Shown here: piece by piece, positions 7,360 to 11,351 of the stretch
How the letters are laid out: each line of letters opens with the position of its first letter
Numbering within the stretch: the first letter of the stretch is position 1
NCBI RefSeq assembly: GCF_006345805.1
Contig: NW_021826930.1
Location: 1 to 11,351 of the forward strand
Direction: 5' to 3'
DNA from: Octopus sinensis
Taxonomy: Eukaryota
DNA: 11,351 bases
The notes under the pieces: generated by a model
The model's input: the letters and a program-made list of their open reading frames with translations, nothing else
What the model was told of the DNA's origin: nothing
Databases searched by the model: none
Made by a program: the position numbers and the translations under genes

Positions 7360-7430
7360 TGTTGTTGTTGTTGTTTAACCCTGGGTCAGTGTGCCCTCAG
7401 CAAACCTACAATCAAAAGTATTCTACTTGT
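7360..7430. mobile_element. S6-like fragment
   Basis: (GTT)n TTTAACCCTGGGTCAG...CAGCAAACCTACAATCAAAAGTATTC; similar to 9857-9945 and 2245-2310. Confidence 0.35.
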
Positions 7431-7622
7431 TGTGTAGCTCCAGATCTGCTATCCTTCAAAGGTGCTCCGACCATGAAGAGCCTATCTATTGTAAATCTAG
7501 AATCATGTTATTTCGAATGTATTTGTCATTTTGTTCAAGATTGGAATTTGTGAATTAAAAGAACTTGATTGCTGTTTCAAACAAGTCGTATCAGAGCATA
7601 TTTTGACTGCCATAGGAGGTTC

Positions 7623-7625
<3 letters not shown>

Positions 7626-7696
<71 letters not shown>

Positions 7697-7732
7697 GTGT
7701 GTGTACGCATATATATATATATATGCATATAT
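7626..7732. repeat. (TA)n/(TG)n/(TA)n compound microsatellite
   Basis: Direct sequence inspection; abuts the family A terminus. Confidence 0.95.
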
Positions 7733-7865
7733 GGGTACAGGACGTCACCAACTATGTCAACAACATTTAGACAATCGAGTTAAATACGTAAACAACGAGA
7801 GACAAATGGAAAACAGGACAGGTAAACTCAGAGAAACGACTCTTCATCAGTTTTCGGTTGTCTAT

Positions 7866-7915
7866 CTACTCCTACATTTCGAGCATTAAACGGCAGTATG
7901 AATCTTCAGAGATAG
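7866..7915 (-). ncRNA. Degenerate hammerhead-like motif (family A)
   Basis: - strand: CUAUCU CUGAAGA UUCAU-ACUGCCGUUUA-AUGCUC GAAA UGU A GGAGUAG. Core CUGAAGA/GAAA is intact; stem II is only partly paired; stem I pairs with one bulge. Confidence 0.35.
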
Positions 7916-8131
7916 TTGCTCCCATAATTTCCGAAATAAAATTTAGGATTTATGGAGGGTCAAAGTTGGGAACAAAAACAGGACAGTGGAGAGGTACAAG
8001 GAAACCGAACGAAAACAAACATGGAGAGTCGTTAGACCAGATAGTTCAAATTTACGGAAAACAAAAGACGAAGACATGTTTAGGAGCAACAAGTAGGTGC
8101 ATTAGTGTAATGTTTGGGAAGAATGGAAAAG

Positions 8132-8169
8132 TCTTTTACGCTTCAAGGCTACGCTTTTCAATAGAAAGG
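8132..8169 (-). ncRNA. Decayed paralogue of the 6006-6043 hammerhead motif
   Basis: - strand: CCUUU CUAUUGA A AAGC GUAG CCUU GAAG CGU A AAAGA. Same layout as 6006-6043, but core positions G5 and A15.1 are mutated, so probably inactive. Confidence 0.45.
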
Positions 8170-8279
8170 ATTAAGAGATGAAAAATGGTGAGAGAATGAA
8201 AGAAACGGAGAAAAATGTGCAGCGTTCAACAGTACAACATGGCGAGATGACTGGGAAAAAGAGGCTGAATGAAAGGGAG

Positions 8280-8352
<73 letters not shown>

Positions 8353-8359
8353 TAATAAC
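8280..8359. repeat. (TAA)n microsatellite
   Basis: Pure ATA/TAA array. Confidence 0.95.
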
Positions 8360-8399
8360 GGTAACAGTGACCCCCAACGAACTAAGGTGCGCAAGCGCC

Positions 8400-8525
8400 T
8401 GTGTGTATGTGAGAATGGTGTGCGTGAGTTTGTATGTGTGAATGGGGTGCGTGAGTGTGTATGTATGAATGGGACGAATGGGTGTGTATGTGCGTATGGA
8501 TGTGTGTATATGGGTGAATATGTGC
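8400..8525. repeat. Degenerate TG-rich low-complexity tract
   Basis: GTGT/GTAT/GAATGG units. Confidence 0.75.
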
Positions 8526-8615
8526 ATGGACGTGTGTATATGTCTTAGGCTAACGTGTGTGTGTGTGCTGTGTGTAGCAGTTGATGCGTACTTGCTCAGG
8601 TGGTGTATGCGTGTG
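8526..8615 (-). repeat. Unclassified CA-rich dispersed repeat, copy 2
   Basis: Reverse complement of 4597-4683. Confidence 0.85.
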
Positions 8616-8619
8616 TGTG

Positions 8620-8728
8620 TGAAAAGCAAAGTCAACCTTGGCGGAATTTGAACTCAAAACGTAACGGCAGACGAAATACGGCTACGCATTCCGCCCGGCG
8701 TGCTAACGTTTCCGCCAGCTCGCCGCCT
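8620..8728 (-). mobile_element. S2 SINE head only (3'-truncated)
   Basis: On -: GGCGGCGAGCTGGCGGAAACGTTAGCACG...GAGTTCAAATTCCGCC.AGGTTGACTTTGC; CpG-rich, matches 2925-3030. Confidence 0.85.
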
Positions 8729-8869
8729 AATGTATGTATGTTCGTTCTTCTCTTTCTCTTTAATTTAGAGTAAATTTTGAGCGGCCATAGCAAATTTATG
8801 AAAGAAAGCTTCTTGTTTTGTTCCTCATTCTTTAAATTTTAAAAAGATCTTGCAGGTTTTTATAGTCCC

Positions 8870-9271
8870 ATGTATGTATGTATCTATGTATGTATCTATG
8901 TATGTATGTATGTATGTATGTGTGTGTGTGTGTATGTATGTATGTGTATGTAAGTATGTATGTATGTATGTATGTATGTATGCATGTATGTATGTATGTA
9001 TGTATGTATGTATGTATGTATGTATGTATGTATGTATCTATGTATGTGTATGTATGTATGTATGTATGTATGTATGTATGTTGTATGTATGTATGTATGT
9101 ATGTATGTATGTATGTATGTATGTATGTATGTATGTTATGTATGTATGTATGTATGTATTATGTATGTATGTATGTATGTATGTATGTATGTATGTATGT
9201 ATGTATGTATGTATGTATGTATGTATGTATGTATGTATGTATGTATGTATGTATGTATCTATGTATGTATG

Positions 9272-9334
<63 letters not shown>

Positions 9335-9500
9335 GTTGTATGTATCTATGTATGTATGTATCTATGTATGTATGTATGTATGTATGTATGTATGTATGTA
9401 TGTATGTTGTATGTATGTATGTATGATGTATGTATGTATGTCTTGATGTATGAAAGTATGTATTATGTATGTATGTATGTATGGATGTATGTATGTATGA
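8870..9500. repeat. Long (GTAT)n tetranucleotide array, about 630 bp
   Basis: Direct sequence inspection; source of the MYVC ORFs in the track. Confidence 0.97.
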
Positions 9501-9551
9501 TGCATATATGTACGTACGTCCTAAGTTTGTCTAGAGTTCCAATGTTACTAT

Positions 9552-9770
9552 CTACCGACCGCTAGCATAGCTAGAGTGTGTGCGCGCCCGGGACGGCCCT
9601 TCCGTTTACCGTCCCCGGACCCCACAAAAAAACGCATATTGCCTACAGCAGACCCAAAAGTGCTGCACCTACCGATCCCCTCCCCCCTCCACTAGCTAGG
9701 CTAGTGCTACCGACCGACCGTCGACCTCCTTCATTAAAGATAATAAACGTTAAAGATAATAAAAGATAAT
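9552..9770. other. Unexplained CpG-rich unique patch followed by an AGATAA triplet
   Basis: About 15 CpG in 9552-9726 by manual count, three CTACCGAYC motifs, and AGATAA at 9738, 9754 and 9764. Function unknown. Confidence 0.3.
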
Positions 9771-9856
9771 GCTATTTTCGTCATCATTGCGACCAACAAC
9801 TGACACTTGAAATTATTCCAAGACCTTAGAGATTTTGTTTGTCCCAGAAATTATTC

Positions 9857-9945
9857 TTGTTGTTGCTGATGTTGGGACCCTGCTCGTCCATGATCGAGCA
9901 GACCTACTGACATAAGATCAAAATCATCGCAGGTGTAACCATTCT
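9857..9945. mobile_element. S6-like fragment
   Basis: TTGTTGTTG...TGATCGAGCAGACCTA...GATCAAAA...GTGTAACCATTC. Confidence 0.35.
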
Positions 9946-10108
9946 GCCTACGTGCACGTGCACACACAGAGTAGTGAGTAGTAAAATAAGCTTCGTATTG
10001 ATAAAACAGAGTAATTCTCAAACGGGAGTGAACTTCCATAATTATATAACATAATTGTTTCTCTTTATTCTATAATCTGTATTTTGTGCTCCAATGTAGT
10101 CAGTACAA

Positions 10109-10388
10109 CCTGACTGGCTCGATGCCGGTATCCTGACTGGCTCCCGTGCCAGTGACACGTAAAAAGCACTATCCGAACGTGATCGATGCCAAGCCCGCCT
10201 GACTGGCTCCTGTGCCGATGGCACATGAAAAGCACCCACTACACTCTCGGAGTGTAGGAAAGGCATCCAGCTGTAGAAACATTGCCAGATCAGTTTGAAG
10301 CCTGGTGCAGCCGCTCGCTCTCCAGACCTCAGTCAAACCGTCCAACCCATGCCAGCATGGAAAACGGACGTTAAACGATGATGATGAT
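10109..10388 (+). mobile_element. (GAT)n-tailed retroposon with internal direct repeats
   Basis: Three CCTGACTGGCTC units (10109, 10132, 10198), TAGGAAAGGCATCCAGCTGTAGAAAC, 3' end CCAACCCATGCCAGCATGGAAAACGGACGTTAAAC(GAT)n; related to the S7 copies. Confidence 0.75.
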
Positions 10389-10431
10389 ATAAACATGTCT
10401 CAAGTCTAACTGTTTTTCTGCCTTATTACTT

Positions 10432-10561
10432 ATGTGTGTGTGGGTGTGTTGTGTGTGGTGTTGTGTGGGTGTGTGTGTGGTGTGTGTGTGTGTGTTGTGT
10501 GTGTGTGTGTGTGTGGTGTGTGTGTGGTGTGTGTGTGTGTGTTGTGTGCGTGTGTGTGTGG
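10432..10561. repeat. Imperfect (TG)n
   Basis: TG run with frequent single-base slips. Confidence 0.9.
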
Positions 10562-10610
10562 TCAGAAGTTCACATATCCTAAAAAGAAGCGTACTCTGAA
10601 ATATTAGAGA

Positions 10611-10767
10611 GAGCCCAGCTGGCAGAATCGTTAGCACGCCGAGTGAATGCATCGCGATATTTCGTCTGTCTTCACATTCTGAGTTCAAATTCCGGCGAGG
10701 TCGACTCTACCTTTCATCATTTCGAGGCCAATAAAATAAGTGTCAATTGAACACTGCGGTCGACGTA
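10611..10767 (+). mobile_element. S2 SINE head and body
   Basis: AGCTGGCAGAATCGTTAGCACGCCG, B-box GAGTTCAAATTCC (10681-10693), CCTTTCATCATTTCGAGG..ATAAAATAAG. Confidence 0.8.
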
Positions 10768-10775
10768 TATATTGA

Positions 10776-10980
10776 TGTGTGTGTGTCTTTGTGTCTGCTT
10801 TTGTAACCCGACACCACTACCATCTCATCGCACGACAACCAATGTTGGTGAGTTTATGTGTCCGCAATGTAGCGGTTTGGCAAAGGCGATCGATAGAATA
10901 AGTACTACGCTTACAAAGAATAAGTCCTGGGTTTGATTTCTTCGACTAAGAAAACCCTTTATGGTGGTGCTCCAACATCA
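10776..10980 (+). mobile_element. S1 SINE 3' half joined to the preceding S2 head
   Basis: GATAGAATAAGTACTACGCTTACAAAGAATAAGTCCTGGG...GGTGCTCCAACAT matches the reverse complement of 460-630. Confidence 0.8.
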
Positions 10981-11011
10981 AAAGCTTACGTAGAAGATTT
11001 CTCCTATTTTT

Positions 11012-11351
11012 TAACTTTTACTTGTTCCAGTCATTTGACTGCGGCCAGTCTGGAGCACCACTTTCAAGGCTTACAGTCAAATGAATCAGTCCCAGCAATT
11101 ATTTTCTTCTTTTGTTTTTTTGTTTTTTAATTCTATCAGTATGTTCTGCTGAATAGCTATGTTACAGGGGTGTAAACATACCAACACCGTTGTCAAGCGT
11201 GGTAAAAGTCAAACATAGACTCAAGCCACACACACAGGGTTCTTTCAGTTTCCATCTCCCATATCCACTCACAAGCCTTTGGTCGGTACGAGGCTAAAGT
11301 AGAAGGTGCCATGTAGTGAGACTGAACTCGGAACCGTGAGGCTGGGAATCA
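11012..11351 (-). mobile_element. S1 SINE, near full length, cut by the window end
   Basis: Tail CTTTTACTTGTTCCAGTCATTTGACTGCGGCCA..CTGGAGCACCAC, 3' half to about 11230, then TCTTTCAGTTTCC..CCACTCACAAG core with a short internal deletion. Confidence 0.8.

Larger units (their letters stand above)
7733..8260 (-). mobile_element. Composite A+B element with two hammerhead relics
   Basis: 7733-8044 is the reverse complement of 58-381; 8041-8260 is homologous to 5907-6150. The two families are contiguous here. Confidence 0.75.

Noticed and set aside
7837-7885. Alternative type-II hammerhead reading GCUC-GAAA...CUGAUGA-A-GAGU
   Set aside because: Stems I and III cannot be formed between the half-cores; the type-I reading using the upstream CUGAAGA fits better.
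8740-8860. Strong pyrimidine tract and AG acceptor near 8769
   Set aside because: All three frames stop within a few codons and no good donor follows.
8850-9565. Long ORFs (198, 182 and 124 aa) in the track
   Set aside because: They are translations of (GTAT)n, which has no stop codons; the same applies to the YI, HT, II and LL-rich ORFs elsewhere.
9588-9620. GC stem followed by GG, suggestive of an HDV-like ribozyme P1/P1.1
   Set aside because: Only 12 nt lie inside the stem, too few for P2, P3 and L3, and there is no P4 or J4/2.
10109-10240. Direct repeats with spacers resembling a CRISPR array
   Set aside because: Only three short units with very unequal spacing inside a eukaryotic retroposon, and no cas genes.

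Overview
AT-rich, repeat-saturated eukaryotic DNA with no complete gene. The SINE families look like those I recall from Octopus (coleoid cephalopod) genomes; this is recognition from memory, not a database result. Most of the window is tRNA-derived SINEs (at least five families, mostly on the - strand), microsatellites and two decayed RTE-type LINE fragments (847-990, 6827-7302). Nearly all ORFs in the supplied track are microsatellite or repeat read-through. Four things stand out. (1) A non-coding dispersed repeat carries minimal type-I hammerhead-ribozyme motifs: one nearly intact at 6006-6043 (-) and two decayed ones 264 nt apart in a composite copy at 7733-8260, resembling Penelope-like or retrozyme elements. 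(2) A candidate 24-nt microexon at 2174-2197 (+) has a strong branch point, acceptor and donor, suggesting the window lies in introns of a + strand gene. (3) An 80-nt hairpin at 3479-3558 has 37 paired positions. (4) A tail-to-tail inverted SINE pair lies at the right end. Scattered single-base indels suggest long-read assembly noise, so individual frameshifts are uncertain. Family labels A, B and S1-S7 are my own working names.
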